Origin: Escherichia phage EC148
Strand: one strand, 5' to 3'
Length of the DNA stretch: 64,000 nt
Sequence record: NC_106721.1
Below are positions 15,313-25,986 of this stretch, in pieces. The notes under the pieces are model-generated. The model was not told the origin of the DNA. It made no database searches and saw only the letters and a program-made list of their open reading frames with translations. The position numbers and the translations under genes are program-made. Each line of letters begins with the position of its first letter. Position 1 is the stretch's first letter.

Positions 15313-16167
15313 TTACACAGTGAATGGATATGCAATAGCAGGATGGTGTTCGTAACCACGAACAGTAAAATCATCCTTATTTACCCAGGTCAATACATCC
15401 TCCAGAGTTCGGATATTTGGATTGATTTCTAGAGTAGGAGGTGCAAAGGGTTCACGATCAAATTGCTTATGCTCCATCAAAACATTATACTGATCCTCAT
15501 AGATATGAAGATTGATAATCTTCTGGCGTGCAATCCCTGGTTTAAGGCCTGTAATCTGTGCCATTAATGCTAGAAGCGTATAGCACTGAACCATGTTAAA
15601 TACTTGGCCTAACAGGAAGTCATTAGATCTCTGGAAAGAGTTCAGATATAATGTATCTCCCAAAATAGAGAACTGATGAGTATGCATACATGGACGTAAG
15701 CAACCCTTTGAGAACTCCCCCGGATTCCAGAAGGTTAGAATTTCCCCACGATCATCAATGCCCTTTTTCAGATTATGATAAATCTTGGCTAGTTGGTCAA
15801 ACATAAGACCATCGGAATTAGTCCACTGACGTCCTTGAACACCATAGACTCGTCCCATATCATCCTCACCTTTACGGTATGGATTGTCTAGCCAAGCTAA
15901 GTTTTCATTTGCATTAGCATTCCATGTGTTAACACCAATAGCGCGGAATTGTGCTGCTGAATCATACCCACGTAGATACCCAATCATTTCCATTATTGCT
16001 TGTTTTGCAAACGCCTTACGAGTAGTAATAAGTGGGAATTCACCTGCACCTACGTTAAAAGTAAAATCTGCATCAATAATGGTGAGGCAACGAACCCCTG
16101 TTCTGGGATTCGTTACCCACTGACCTTCTGATAGAATACGTTTTCCAACTTCTATATACTGATCCAT
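15313..16167 (-). CDS. thyA: thymidylate synthase
   Basis: YGVQGRQW and catalytic [12 protein letters not shown] motifs. Confidence 0.9.
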   Translation of the reverse strand: MDQYIEVGKRILSEGQWVTNPRTGVRCLTIIDADFTFNVGAGEFPLITTRKAFAKQAIMEMIGYLRGYDSAAQFRAIGVNTWNANANENLAWLDNPYRKGEDDMGRVYGVQGRQWTNSDGLMFDQLAKIYHNLKKGIDDRGEILTFWNPGEFSKGCLRPCMHTHQFSILGDTLYLNSFQRSNDFLLGQVFNMVQCYTLLALMAQITGLKPGIARQKIINLHIYEDQYNVLMEHKQFDREPFAPPTLEINPNIRTLEDVLTWVNKDDFTVRGYEHHPAIAYPFTV

Positions 16168-16700
16168 TAATAAGTAACCAATTCCTGTACAAATCGCAGG
16201 CTGTTATCACTGTTTGCGCCAGTTGCGTAAACTAAACGAGTAGATTCATAGTTGTAATCTAGAATCGTATTATCCAGATATACATCTGCCTCTAGTTTTT
16301 GATTACTAAAGATTGTGGATACAAAAGCACTTTCAATATGACCATATTGATACATTTCTAGAAGAAGGTTAGCACCACCTAGAACTACTGTCTGCTGATC
16401 TTTCAGAAATGTAGGTAAAGCATCCCCAATCTTAGAAATTGGGGTGTAAATATCATGTGTAATATCATCTGGCAGTGGACGATCAGCACGAATAAATAGG
16501 TCAGAAGCTCCAATCATACGTTCTCTAACGGCGTATGGAAGAGCTAAATAAGTACCCGCACCAATGATGATGTTATCTGGATTCAACACGTCCAGTTGAG
16601 AATAGAAAGCATCTAGTTCTTCTTTGAAGGAACCCCATGGAAGTTTACCGCGGAGGCCGAACTCCCCATTCGGCCCAACTGCATACATTGCTGTAATCAT
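16167..16700 (-). CDS. dihydrofolate reductase
   Basis: N-terminal [15 protein letters not shown] motif; immediately upstream of thyA. Confidence 0.7.
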   Translation of the reverse strand: MITAMYAVGPNGEFGLRGKLPWGSFKEELDAFYSQLDVLNPDNIIIGAGTYLALPYAVRERMIGASDLFIRADRPLPDDITHDIYTPISKIGDALPTFLKDQQTVVLGGANLLLEMYQYGHIESAFVSTIFSNQKLEADVYLDNTILDYNYESTRLVYATGANSDNSLRFVQELVTY

Positions 16701-17842
16701 AAGAAATCTCCAAATTCATTACCCAGATCTTTCAGAGTATCAGTAGAGGTCTCAGTTACCTGACCTACACGGTAGGCTGCACCAATCTGGATTTCTTGTG
16801 GAGCAGGCTGTAGAGAAGTAGTATCCAACCAGTTCATAATCCACGGAATAGGGTTTTTGGTGATTACTGGTAAATGACTAGGCCATTCTACACCGATGTG
16901 CATAAATGCATTACGTCCCACAAAATACAGATATTCTTCTAGAAGTTCTGCATTCAAGCCAATCAGACTACGACCTTTGAAAATGAAATGACCCCATTCA
17001 ATTTCAGTTTTCAGAGTTTTCAGGAGCTGTGCTGGTGCTTTAGCCACTGCTTCATCTACCAGATCTTTGTCAAATTGCTGAAACATAATCTGGATGATTG
17101 CTTTGGACATCTGAGTGTGCAGAGCTTCATCTTTAGCGATTAATTGCAGATTTTTAGCAATACCTTGCAGAATATCGTTCTCTGCTAATGCAAAGGTACA
17201 TGCAAAGGATGCGTAAAACTGCATTGCTTCCAGACCATAGATCGCAAAGTAAGCGTCTAATAGTTTAGCCTGAGTTTCACGTTTAACTTCAGGGAACTCA
17301 GTTTCTGGATATGTATTGTCGCCACGATGATCGCGTACTGCGATGAAATACTGACCTAACTGGTACAGTTCATCGAATAGTTCAACAGAATCAGCGATGC
17401 GCGCGAATGCTTCTTGGTTTTTGGTTACAGAATCAATAAATTCTGCTGGATCAGTCAGCACATTACGAATAATATTGCTATAAGCACGACTATGCAGGTC
17501 TTCAAAATAGCTCCACTGTTTGAGCATACCTTCCAATTCTGGACGACTTACAAGCGGCATAATAGCTGCTTCAGGGGCACGACTGATAAAGGAATCAGTT
17601 TGAGTTTGCCATGCTAAGTTCAGGAGTGTAATTTCCTGAATTTCTCGTGGGAGATTAGGCCATTGTTTCTTATCTGCTTCCAGACTGATTTCAGTTTCAG
17701 TCCAAAATTGAGAGCGCTGCAGAAGTGCCAGACGTTCTAGTTCTGGATGTGCTACACGTACATAATCTGCGATACCGAGAGAATCTCCCAGGAAAAGGTC
17801 GGCGTTAGTATGATCCCAATTCAGGTTTAGTAAAGTAGTCAT
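16697..17842 (-). CDS. nrdB: ribonucleotide reductase class Ia small subunit
   Basis: Di-iron/tyrosyl radical R2-type sequence (EAMQFYASFACTFALAEN...). Confidence 0.9.
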   Translation of the reverse strand: MTTLLNLNWDHTNADLFLGDSLGIADYVRVAHPELERLALLQRSQFWTETEISLEADKKQWPNLPREIQEITLLNLAWQTQTDSFISRAPEAAIMPLVSRPELEGMLKQWSYFEDLHSRAYSNIIRNVLTDPAEFIDSVTKNQEAFARIADSVELFDELYQLGQYFIAVRDHRGDNTYPETEFPEVKRETQAKLLDAYFAIYGLEAMQFYASFACTFALAENDILQGIAKNLQLIAKDEALHTQMSKAIIQIMFQQFDKDLVDEAVAKAPAQLLKTLKTEIEWGHFIFKGRSLIGLNAELLEEYLYFVGRNAFMHIGVEWPSHLPVITKNPIPWIMNWLDTTSLQPAPQEIQIGAAYRVGQVTETSTDTLKDLGNEFGDFL

Positions 17843-17873
17843 TGATTTTCCTCTTTCTCACTATTTCAGGAAT

Positions 17874-17902
17874 ATTATAGCAAATCTGGTAGCGATTAGC
17901 AA
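17874..17902 (-). promoter_or_regulatory. sigma70-type promoter (minus) upstream of nrdB
   Basis: -35 TTGCTA / 17 nt / -10 TATAAT on minus strand, between nrdA terminator and nrdB start. Confidence 0.6.
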
Positions 17903-17909
17903 GTAAAAT

Positions 17910-17940
17910 TTCAAAGAAAAAGGAGACCCGAAGATCTCCT
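17910..17940 (-). terminator. terminator downstream of nrdA (minus)
   Basis: AGGAGA...TCTCCT hairpin then TTTTCTTTG on minus strand. Confidence 0.55.
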
Positions 17941-17948
17941 TGTTTTTA

Positions 17949-20279
17949 TTAAATAGTACAACCGCCTGATGCACAACCAGCTGCTTCTTCTCCAGCACCA
18001 CCACCATTTGCGGTGTTGAAGTTAGCATAATACCAAGTTTTCCACCCGTATTTAACAGCAGTCATGAAATCACGAACTACTACTGGGCCAGGAATAATTT
18101 CATTCTCAAACTTGGTGTAGTCGTAGTACATATTAGTACTAACAGACTGGCTGAAGAATTTCTGCATAGTTGCTACCCATTTGATCCACTCGATACGATC
18201 TACATCATAAGCCAATTTATAGCTCATTAACGTTTCCCAATCGGTTGCACCTGGAGCAATTGCAATTACTTTATTTACTGCACTACCCTTGATAGATACA
18301 ATCTTACGAGGTGGTTCGATAGAGTTAGTAACACCTAACAGAACAGAAGAACTTTCTCCCGGCATCTGAGCAGTCAGAACAGAGTTACGCATACCATATT
18401 TCAGAATATCTGCACGCAGAGACTCCCAGTCCATTTCTAGACCTACGGATACCAGCTCATCAACAGTTTTCTTGTACGTGTCGATTACCAGAATTCCTTT
18501 AGATGGTTTAGTACGATCAAACCACTCACATGCACCCTGTTCCTTAGCCAGGCGTACAGAGGCTTTATGCAGGAAGTAAGACAGTTTTTCAGCCTCACGG
18601 TGGATCCAGTTACGAGCTTCAATACCTTCGTAAGCCAGACCTTCTGCTGCCATTGCACCTGCTGCGTTCATTAGGCCAATACCGACATTACGACGTTTCT
18701 TAGCCGTATATTCCATAGTTGGGAACGGATAATCCTGAATTTCAATAATTGTATCAACGAATTTCAGAAGGATGTAGCAAGTTTTTTCCCACTCAGCCAG
18801 AGATTCCATGCGTCCAAGTACAACACCACCTAAGTTACACAGAGATACTTCACCAATATCCTCCGGCTTCATTTGATCAAGCTGCTCTTTTGTCTTGTAC
18901 AGCTCTGTAATGTGATGGAACGGGCGTGTAGGCTGAGTAATTTCAACACAAAGGTTTGTCATACGGATCGGATCAAGGAAGTTACCGTGACGATTAGATT
19001 CCCCAATGTGGTGAGCATACATACGTCCTGTTTCCATTCGGATACGTAGCCAAGTATCTAGGATTTCTTTTGCAGAGACTTTAGGAGCTGCAGGAACTGT
19101 TTTTCCTTCGTGGTCGATCTTTGTAAGAGATGCCACACGTTTCTCCGCTGCCACGTAGATTTCTTCAAATTTAGCCTCGTCATCACTATAAAACGCTTCA
19201 TGAACTTCTGGAGCATAGAAGTATGACATTAGCGTAATATCTTCGTTTTTAAGATAACGTTTTAACAAAAGATTGTTAAAGCTCAGAGAATAATCCATCT
19301 TATCGATTTTATTCTCATCTGTAGCACGTTGTTGCTTAACCTGCATCAATTGAATGATTTCAGGGTCGAAGTATGGATAAGACACTGTAGCAGAACCACC
19401 ACGAGTTTGCTGAGTATTGGCCTTTACTGAGCGGTCAATGTGTCGATAATACGGCAGTTTTCCGGAATGCGGGAATGCCCCATTTCGCACCGGATCAGCA
19501 ATTGATCGGCTTTCAAGATGATACCCGATTCCCGCTCTGGCTGCGACCATTTTGAAGACGATGTGCTCGGCGGTGTCGATTGAATCCAACGTGTCAGTGG
19601 AATCCACGAGACAGCAACTAGCAAATCCACGGTCACTAGAGCGCAGACCAACCAGTGGCGGCGTAGGAACGTTGATTTTGTGGAGCGACATTGCGTTGTA
19701 GAGGTCGATTGCATCTAGAATTGTCCAGTTAGGTTGAGATAACATCGCCATTGCCATACCCATGTAGGCGAATTGCGGGGTTTCATAAATTTCACCAGTG
19801 GCTATATTACGACGGGAATACTTATCAAAGAACTGCTTCAGCCCACCACTAGTAAAAAGACGGTCACGATCATGGTCGATAACCTGATTCAGAGCTTCAA
19901 ATTGCTCATCGGTAATCCATGCACTCATGTCTTCCCATGCACCTACGCTAACCATGTGGTCATGGAAGAAGCGTAAAGAAGGTGGTTCGAAAGAGTCATA
20001 AAGGCGTTTACGCATTTGCGCAAGACGTAATTCCTTTGCTGGCACATCGTATGCTGGATTATCTTTAATAAGACTTTCAGCAGCTTTAATTAATGCATCC
20101 ATCAGAGTGTCGGAATCTACAACCCCTTTAGGCAGAGTTTTTTGAGCAGCCATAGTAATGGCTGACCAGCTTACATCAACTGTTTTGCAACCATACTCTG
20201 CCCAACCATTGATTTTTTCAGGAGCAAAGTCTTCTACAGTACCGTCACGTTTAATTACTTTTTCAATGCGATGGCTCAT
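17949..20279 (-). CDS. nrdA: ribonucleotide reductase class Ia large subunit
   Basis: ATP-cone N-terminus (VIKRDGTVEDF), C-terminal Cys pair (CASGGCTI); start chosen at MSHRIEK with RBS AGGAAA; the supplied ORF extends to 20384. Confidence 0.85.
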   Translation of the reverse strand: MSHRIEKVIKRDGTVEDFAPEKINGWAEYGCKTVDVSWSAITMAAQKTLPKGVVDSDTLMDALIKAAESLIKDNPAYDVPAKELRLAQMRKRLYDSFEPPSLRFFHDHMVSVGAWEDMSAWITDEQFEALNQVIDHDRDRLFTSGGLKQFFDKYSRRNIATGEIYETPQFAYMGMAMAMLSQPNWTILDAIDLYNAMSLHKINVPTPPLVGLRSSDRGFASCCLVDSTDTLDSIDTAEHIVFKMVAARAGIGYHLESRSIADPVRNGAFPHSGKLPYYRHIDRSVKANTQQTRGGSATVSYPYFDPEIIQLMQVKQQRATDENKIDKMDYSLSFNNLLLKRYLKNEDITLMSYFYAPEVHEAFYSDDEAKFEEIYVAAEKRVASLTKIDHEGKTVPAAPKVSAKEILDTWLRIRMETGRMYAHHIGESNRHGNFLDPIRMTNLCVEITQPTRPFHHITELYKTKEQLDQMKPEDIGEVSLCNLGGVVLGRMESLAEWEKTCYILLKFVDTIIEIQDYPFPTMEYTAKKRRNVGIGLMNAAGAMAAEGLAYEGIEARNWIHREAEKLSYFLHKASVRLAKEQGACEWFDRTKPSKGILVIDTYKKTVDELVSVGLEMDWESLRADILKYGMRNSVLTAQMPGESSSVLLGVTNSIEPPRKIVSIKGSAVNKVIAIAPGATDWETLMSYKLAYDVDRIEWIKWVATMQKFFSQSVSTNMYYDYTKFENEIIPGPVVVRDFMTAVKYGWKTWYYANFNTANGGGAGEEAAGCASGGCTI

Positions 20280-20421
20280 TTGGCTTTCCTTTTTATAGTT
20301 ATCAGGATTTAAGGAATATTCTACTTTATTATCGGTCATTAGGCAAATAAAATTTTCTGATAGAAAAGGCCCGAGTATTTTCATACCCAGGCCCTGTATA
20401 TTACCAGTCTAGCTTTTTAGC

Positions 20422-20643
20422 TTATTCAATTACTTTAGTTCTAGCTACTTCTTTTAATAGAATATCTATGGAGGTGCTCAACTCGTTATAATTGAATGGT
20501 TTATTTGGATTTGAGGTTACAATTTTCCACGCTAGGGTTGTCTTAGGACTTTCTTCCCCTTCCTTACGTGTAATCATATTAGCAGCACTCAGTGAAGTAC
20601 GATGTATTTTAGTTTTACGGCTCAGATGAACGACGTTTCCCAT
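20422..20643 (-). CDS. hypothetical protein, 73 aa
   Basis: ORF starting 2 nt after the PhoH stop. Confidence 0.4.
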   Translation of the reverse strand: MGNVVHLSRKTKIHRTSLSAANMITRKEGEESPKTTLAWKIVTSNPNKPFNYNELSTSIDILLKEVARTKVIE

Positions 20644-20644
20644 A

Positions 20645-21406
20645 TTACACCTTCCCCATGTCTTTAAAGATGTCATAGAATGCTTTAGACTCAACAGAAC
20701 GAACGTTATCAATCAATTCGATCATTGAGAATGGGGCATTTTCGTATTTCTCATAGACTTCCATAAGGAGTGCTAGACCTGAGTCACCTTTAATGTCTTT
20801 CTGAGCTATATCTCCGCAGATAATTAAACGGCAGTCTTGCCCTACACGAGTTAGAAGACAAATCATTGCCTCAACGGAAATATTCTGAGCTTCATCGACA
20901 ATTACATAGGAGTTGTTGAAAGTTCTGCCACGAGCATGTTCGACAGCCAAAAATTTAATTTTCTGACGTTCGACATATCCCTTATAGGCATGATCGCCGA
21001 TGGCCCATTTCATACCATCAGCTATTGGCTCCAACCAAGGCTCTAGCTTTTCTGCTAGATCACCAGGAAGCATACCAAGAGACTTACCTAGAGGTTCATT
21101 AGGACGTACGAGGATCACTTGCTCAATATCTGAGTGAATGTCTACGAGTTCCTGAGCTGCAAGAACGGACGGAATAAAGGTTTTACCAGTACCTGGCTCA
21201 CCGATGCCCACAGTCACTGTGTTGTTCTTGATCATATTGATATATGATTTTTGCTCGCGGTTTTTACCTACTAGGGATTTAGCAACTGGGTTAGCGTAAT
21301 CATTAGAAAAATCAGCCTGAATTACGTTATTCTCATACTTGTTGCCACGCTTTCTTGAACCATTGCGGTTCTCTCTTTTTTGACGTGCTTTTCCCATAAA
21401 TAACAC
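20645..21406 (-). CDS. phoH: PhoH-like ATPase
   Basis: Walker A GEPGTGKT and VIVDEAQN Walker B. Confidence 0.85.
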   Translation of the reverse strand: MLFMGKARQKRENRNGSRKRGNKYENNVIQADFSNDYANPVAKSLVGKNREQKSYINMIKNNTVTVGIGEPGTGKTFIPSVLAAQELVDIHSDIEQVILVRPNEPLGKSLGMLPGDLAEKLEPWLEPIADGMKWAIGDHAYKGYVERQKIKFLAVEHARGRTFNNSYVIVDEAQNISVEAMICLLTRVGQDCRLIICGDIAQKDIKGDSGLALLMEVYEKYENAPFSMIELIDNVRSVESKAFYDIFKDMGKV

Positions 21407-21470
21407 TCCTATAGTGTACTTCGCTAACAGAGGATCAACAAAAAGATCTTGTTTATCAACTTACAAATAT

Positions 21471-21499
21471 ATTATACCAATATATACAGTAAAAAGCAA
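21471..21499 (-). promoter_or_regulatory. sigma70-type promoter (minus) upstream of phoH
   Basis: -35 TTGCTT / 17 nt / -10 TATAAT on minus strand; divergent from the nrdD promoter. Confidence 0.55.
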
Positions 21500-21691
21500 C
21501 TACAATTTTAAATAAGCCTATGATATTGCATTTAAATAAAAAATTTGCTTGCTTTTAACGTGAGATGTGTGATACTAGATAATCATTTTATATCGCGTGC
21601 ACGAGTGCGTGATTATACAATTTTTAATAGAGATTGGCAAATAAAATTTTTTGACTCAGATCATGTTACAGAACTTTATAGTAAAATATTG

Positions 21692-21720
21692 TTGACATCC
21701 ACCCTCGAATGAGTTATAAT
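21692..21720 (+). promoter_or_regulatory. consensus sigma70 promoter upstream of nrdD
   Basis: -35 TTGACA (21692-21697), 17-nt spacer, -10 TATAAT (21715-21720). Confidence 0.7.
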
Positions 21721-21749
21721 AGTAGTCTTAGTTAGAGAAGGAGAGTATA

Positions 21750-23624
21750 ATGAATCGCAATGAAGAACTAAAGTATAAAGAAATGCAGGCGTTAATTAGA
21801 AACTGCAAAGAGATTATCGAAGGGTCAGCAGATGAAGAGCTGCTGTTTAATAATGCCAATAAACCCTCAGAACGTTTCCCTACACAGAGGGATATGCTTG
21901 CAGGTGAATTGAGTAAGTATCTGATTCTAGAAGAAATGCCAATTCAGATTCGAAATGCTCATATGATTGGGGATATTCATTTCCATGATGCTGATTATGC
22001 TGCATTAGGCATGACTAATTGTTGTCTGGTAGCTCTGGAAGATATGTTGAAGAATGGTATGAAGGTTGGTAATGCTGAAATTAGCACTCCAAACTCTATC
22101 ACTACTGCGGCAGCTATTACAGCTCAGATTATCACACAGGTTAGCTCCCATCAGTATGGTGGTACTTCCGTGGATCGCCTTGATGAAGTATTAGCTCCTT
22201 ATGTTCGTAAATCCTATGACAAAAATCATGCGTTTGCAAAACGTTGGACTAAAGATGAGGCCAAAGCATCAGTAATGGCTACGGAGATGACTGAAAAAGA
22301 AGTTTATGATGCCTGTCAGGGTCTAGAATATGAAATCAATACCATGTTCAACTCTAATGGTCAGAGTCCATTTATTACCTTTGGTTTTGGTCTAGGAACT
22401 TCTTGGGAAGCACGTCTAGTACAGAAAGCAATACTGAAAGTACGCATGGATGGCTTAGGTATCAATAAACGTACAGCTATCTTCCCGAAACTGGTATTTG
22501 TACTTCGTGATGGCGTTAACATGAAACCAGGAGATGTTAATTATGACATCAAGAAGTTAGCTATGAAATGTACTGCTGAACGTATGTATCCAGATTATAT
22601 CAGCTATGATAAGGTTGTGGAAGTTACTGGTGACTATAAAGTTTCTATGGGCTGCCGTTCATTCCTAGCTGCTACAGAAGATGGTGAAACTGCCGGTCGT
22701 AATAACTTAGGTGTTGTTTCTGTAAACTTGCCTAGAATTGCTATCGAAGCTGAAGGAAATATTGATCTATTCTTTGATTTGCTTGAGCTACGTGTGGATA
22801 CAGCATTAAAAGCGTTGGAGTGGAGAGTTGATCGCTTAAAATACATTCAAGCTAAAGCTGCACCCATCCTCTATATGTCAGGAGCCTTTGGACTGCGCTT
22901 GGAGCCTGATGAATACGTATTCGATCATTTCTATAACCGTGCTTCTGTATCTCTAGGATATATTGGTTGTCATGAAATGCTACAGTTCATGTTTGGCAAA
23001 GATGTAGACACAATGTCCGAGACCAGCATCAAGTTTGTTCAGCGTGTATTGCAGTACATGCGAGATAGAGTCGATCAGAAGAAGGAAGAAACTAAGTTAG
23101 GTTATAGCCTGTATGCTACACCGTCAGAGTCCCTGTGTGATAGGTTTTGCCGTTTAGATCGTGAATATTTCCCGGAGCATGAAGATATTCTGTCCAAAGG
23201 ATACTACACTAACTCTCACCACCTTGATGTGGAACGTAAAGTTGCTCCCAATGTGAAATTTGATTATGAATCTAACTTTACTCCGATTGCTTCTGGTGGG
23301 TGTATTTCCTATGTAGAACTACCGGATATGAAACGATTCCCAGATGCACTAGAATGGGTTATTAATTATGCTGCTAGTAAAGTTCATTACTTCGGTATTA
23401 ATACTCCAGTGGATTCTTGTGGTAAATGTGGATTCTTAGGTGAAACAATAGCATCCGAAGATGGATTTAAGTGCCCTATCTGTGGTAATCATGACCCCGA
23501 AACTCTTGAAGTAACTCGTCGAGTTTGTGGGTATCTTGGAAATCCAGGTGCTCGTCCATTTAACCCAGGCAAACAGCATGAGGTTATGGGCAGGGTGAAA
23601 CATCAGGATATTCGAGCTAAGTAA
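21750..23624 (+). CDS. nrdD: anaerobic ribonucleoside-triphosphate reductase (class III)
   Basis: C-terminal glycyl-radical motif RVCGYLG and CxxC...CxxC zinc ribbon; promoter TTGACA-17-TATAAT at 21692-21720. Confidence 0.85.
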   Translation: MNRNEELKYKEMQALIRNCKEIIEGSADEELLFNNANKPSERFPTQRDMLAGELSKYLILEEMPIQIRNAHMIGDIHFHDADYAALGMTNCCLVALEDMLKNGMKVGNAEISTPNSITTAAAITAQIITQVSSHQYGGTSVDRLDEVLAPYVRKSYDKNHAFAKRWTKDEAKASVMATEMTEKEVYDACQGLEYEINTMFNSNGQSPFITFGFGLGTSWEARLVQKAILKVRMDGLGINKRTAIFPKLVFVLRDGVNMKPGDVNYDIKKLAMKCTAERMYPDYISYDKVVEVTGDYKVSMGCRSFLAATEDGETAGRNNLGVVSVNLPRIAIEAEGNIDLFFDLLELRVDTALKALEWRVDRLKYIQAKAAPILYMSGAFGLRLEPDEYVFDHFYNRASVSLGYIGCHEMLQFMFGKDVDTMSETSIKFVQRVLQYMRDRVDQKKEETKLGYSLYATPSESLCDRFCRLDREYFPEHEDILSKGYYTNSHHLDVERKVAPNVKFDYESNFTPIASGGCISYVELPDMKRFPDALEWVINYAASKVHYFGINTPVDSCGKCGFLGETIASEDGFKCPICGNHDPETLEVTRRVCGYLGNPGARPFNPGKQHEVMGRVKHQDIRAK

Positions 23625-23666
23625 GCTAATCAGCCGGGTTGCTAGTCGACCTGGCTTTTATTTTAT

Positions 23667-23695
23667 TTGCTTTCAGCCAAAAATTTATATATAAT
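23667..23695 (+). promoter_or_regulatory. sigma70-type promoter (plus)
   Basis: -35 TTGCTT / 17 nt / -10 TATAAT, followed by conserved AT-rich leader ending in GAGAGGAG RBS. Confidence 0.6.
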
Positions 23696-23723
23696 AGATT
23701 TATAAATTTGAGAGGAGAAAGAT

Positions 23724-24104
23724 ATGGAATTAAAGCCCTATATAGTTGAATCTACATGTGGTAGTTTCCATCTGGGTGTAGATGATATTGCTGAGGCTGT
23801 CTTTGCTGCCACAGGTGATTACTCGCATATAGAGGGTGTTGGATACCCTACCATTATTGGCGATTGGGTGGGAACAAATCTAGATGTATCGCCTTATAAC
23901 CCATATTGCTTGTTTGATGAAGACAGAGATGAAGTAAAATGTAATCTTGAATTTGTGTATAATAGAGTGTTAAAAGTATACCAACGTAGCCCCAATGGGT
24001 ACGAAGATATTACTTGGAGTATTAAACAGTATCTTAAAGATGTATACTCTAGTTTTTCTGACGAAGACCTAGAAACAGTTGCAGTGGAGTTTAATAATGA
24101 CTAA
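23724..24104 (+). CDS. hypothetical protein, 126 aa
   Basis: RBS GAGAGGAG; lacks the CxxxCxxC radical-SAM motif expected for an NrdG activase. Confidence 0.5.
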   Translation: MELKPYIVESTCGSFHLGVDDIAEAVFAATGDYSHIEGVGYPTIIGDWVGTNLDVSPYNPYCLFDEDRDEVKCNLEFVYNRVLKVYQRSPNGYEDITWSIKQYLKDVYSSFSDEDLETVAVEFNND

Positions 24105-24303
24105 GAATGTGAAACACCTTAAATATCGCTTAATTTACAACGGACGTATGGAAACAGAAGATCTGGCCCAATTAGCTATTAACTCTAATGAGGTTACAGT
24201 GCGTGCACTGGCAATTGAAAAGTTGCGTGCCTCTTATGAAAATCGTGTTATGGAACTAGAGGAGAAACTTTATGGCATTCTCGAAGCCGATACTACCAGA
24301 TAA
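24097..24303 (+). CDS. hypothetical protein
   Basis: ORF, start set at MTKNV. Confidence 0.4.
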   Translation: MTKNVKHLKYRLIYNGRMETEDLAQLAINSNEVTVRALAIEKLRASYENRVMELEEKLYGILEADTTR

Positions 24304-24493
24304 GGGTTTAAACTCCGCTTTGGAAAATGCATTAATGCAGCAGTGGGAAACTGGCTATAAGGATGGTGTTGAATCCTGCGCTACTATGCTAGAAGTTATT
24401 GCTAATACCTTAATGGAGAAAGGCAATAAAGAATTAGCTGAGCTATTAGACAGTATTGGGCAAAACTTCAGAGAACAGGTGAAAAATGCGTAG
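24272..24493 (+). CDS. hypothetical protein
   Basis: ORF. Confidence 0.4.
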   Translation: MAFSKPILPDKGLNSALENALMQQWETGYKDGVESCATMLEVIANTLMEKGNKELAELLDSIGQNFREQVKNA

Positions 24494-25322
24494 ATTAATT
24501 ATTATTAGTGGTGCGGGTTTGAGTGTTGAAAGTGGTGTACGAGCCTTCCGTACTGATACTGCTAGTGGTAAAGCATTGTGGGATGACTATGATCTAGAAG
24601 AAGTATGTAATATTCATGCCTTTCGTGGTAATTTTTATCATAAAACCCATATGTTTTACAACAAGCGTCGTGAAGAGCTAAAAACTGTTGAACCCAATCT
24701 TGCGCATTTGCGTATTGGTGAATGGTATAAACAATATCCAGGTCAAGTAGTAAACTTGACTACCAACGTTGATGACCTTATTGAGCGTGCTGGCGTTCCA
24801 CATAGTGACATTCTGCATATTCACGGATATTTAAAAGAGGTTGTTGTAGCTGATAGCTACAATAGTAGCAATAAACGGATTATTGATGTAGGATACAATT
24901 CTATTGATCCAGATGATTATAAATGGGTTAAACCTAATGTAATCTTCTTTGGAGAGCATGCTCCTGCATACGCAGAAATGTATAATGTTTTTGACGGTAT
25001 TACCAGTCAAGATATGATCATTGTGGTTGGTTGCTCTAACCAAGTAATTAACTTCTACTGGGAATTATTTCCTGTTCTTAATAGGACTGCTGCGAAATTT
25101 ATGGTAGTTAACTACTATGATAGTGCCCTCGCGGCGGAACCGGGCTATCAAGGTATGACTCGTAGTGAGATGTACCAGCTGGAAGAACGTGGTGTCCCTT
25201 ACTGGAGTAAAGGTGCGGTAGATGCTTTTAGTGATCCTGATTTTATTGCTCGTGTAGAAGCTCATTTAGAGGGTAGACCTTATGTGTCGAGAAGCAAGGG
25301 AAACAGATATGTCCATAGTTAA
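24486..25322 (+). CDS. Sir2-family (sirtuin-like) NAD-binding protein without zinc ribbon
   Basis: GAGLSVESGVRAFR, NVDDLIERAG...HIHG and VIFFGE motifs; no Cys in the usual Zn-binding insert. Confidence 0.7.
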   Translation: MRRLIIISGAGLSVESGVRAFRTDTASGKALWDDYDLEEVCNIHAFRGNFYHKTHMFYNKRREELKTVEPNLAHLRIGEWYKQYPGQVVNLTTNVDDLIERAGVPHSDILHIHGYLKEVVVADSYNSSNKRIIDVGYNSIDPDDYKWVKPNVIFFGEHAPAYAEMYNVFDGITSQDMIIVVGCSNQVINFYWELFPVLNRTAAKFMVVNYYDSALAAEPGYQGMTRSEMYQLEERGVPYWSKGAVDAFSDPDFIARVEAHLEGRPYVSRSKGNRYVHS

Positions 25323-25491
25323 ATCTGTGTATACACACCCCGATGATATATTTGTATGGGCGGATGGTAGTTGGTGCTATCGCTGTGAGCTGTGGGAGAT
25401 GGACTATAAATCCGATGACTATGGTGTTATATATGTTGATACGGTTGAGTATGATACGTTCTTAGAAAGGAACAAAAATGGAAATAAGTAA
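25309..25491 (+). CDS. hypothetical protein
   Basis: ORF, start set at MSIVKS. Confidence 0.4.
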   Translation: MSIVKSVYTHPDDIFVWADGSWCYRCELWEMDYKSDDYGVIYVDTVEYDTFLERNKNGNK

Positions 25492-25984
25492 TACTCCAAT
25501 TATTTTTCTAGATATTGATGGGGTGCTCAATTCGAGCATCTCCCACCATCATGCACCTGATGACGAAAAGATTTTCTTTGGAAGTGATTGGGTTTTCAAA
25601 CCGCTTCTCAAGGCTTTTCAGGACTTTATTCGTCCTTCTCCGATAATGATTGTTGGAGTATCCTCATGGTTCTCTGTCAGGAATGAGATGGAGAACGTTC
25701 AGATTATGACCGGATTAGGTCTTATCGATCGTTTTCTTGGTACAACGGATTTTACTGGGGGTGGATTATCTAGGGGTAATTCTGTTCTTCGCTTCGTTGA
25801 AAAGCATAAGCTCAAACATTGGTGTGTTCTGGATGACGCTGGTGCTATGATGTACCAGTATCCAACGGTTATAGTCAACGGTAGAACTGGAATAAATCTT
25901 CAAGATTTAATGGCTGTTAGCTATATGCTAGAATTTAGTCCAGATCTTGAAATGTGTAAAGCCCTACAACAATTTAAGGTGTAA
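25478..25984 (+). CDS. HAD-like hydrolase (putative phosphatase)
   Basis: Motif I-like IIFLDIDGVLN. Confidence 0.5.
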   Translation: MEISNTPIIFLDIDGVLNSSISHHHAPDDEKIFFGSDWVFKPLLKAFQDFIRPSPIMIVGVSSWFSVRNEMENVQIMTGLGLIDRFLGTTDFTGGGLSRGNSVLRFVEKHKLKHWCVLDDAGAMMYQYPTVIVNGRTGINLQDLMAVSYMLEFSPDLEMCKALQQFKV

Positions 25985-25986
25985 AT

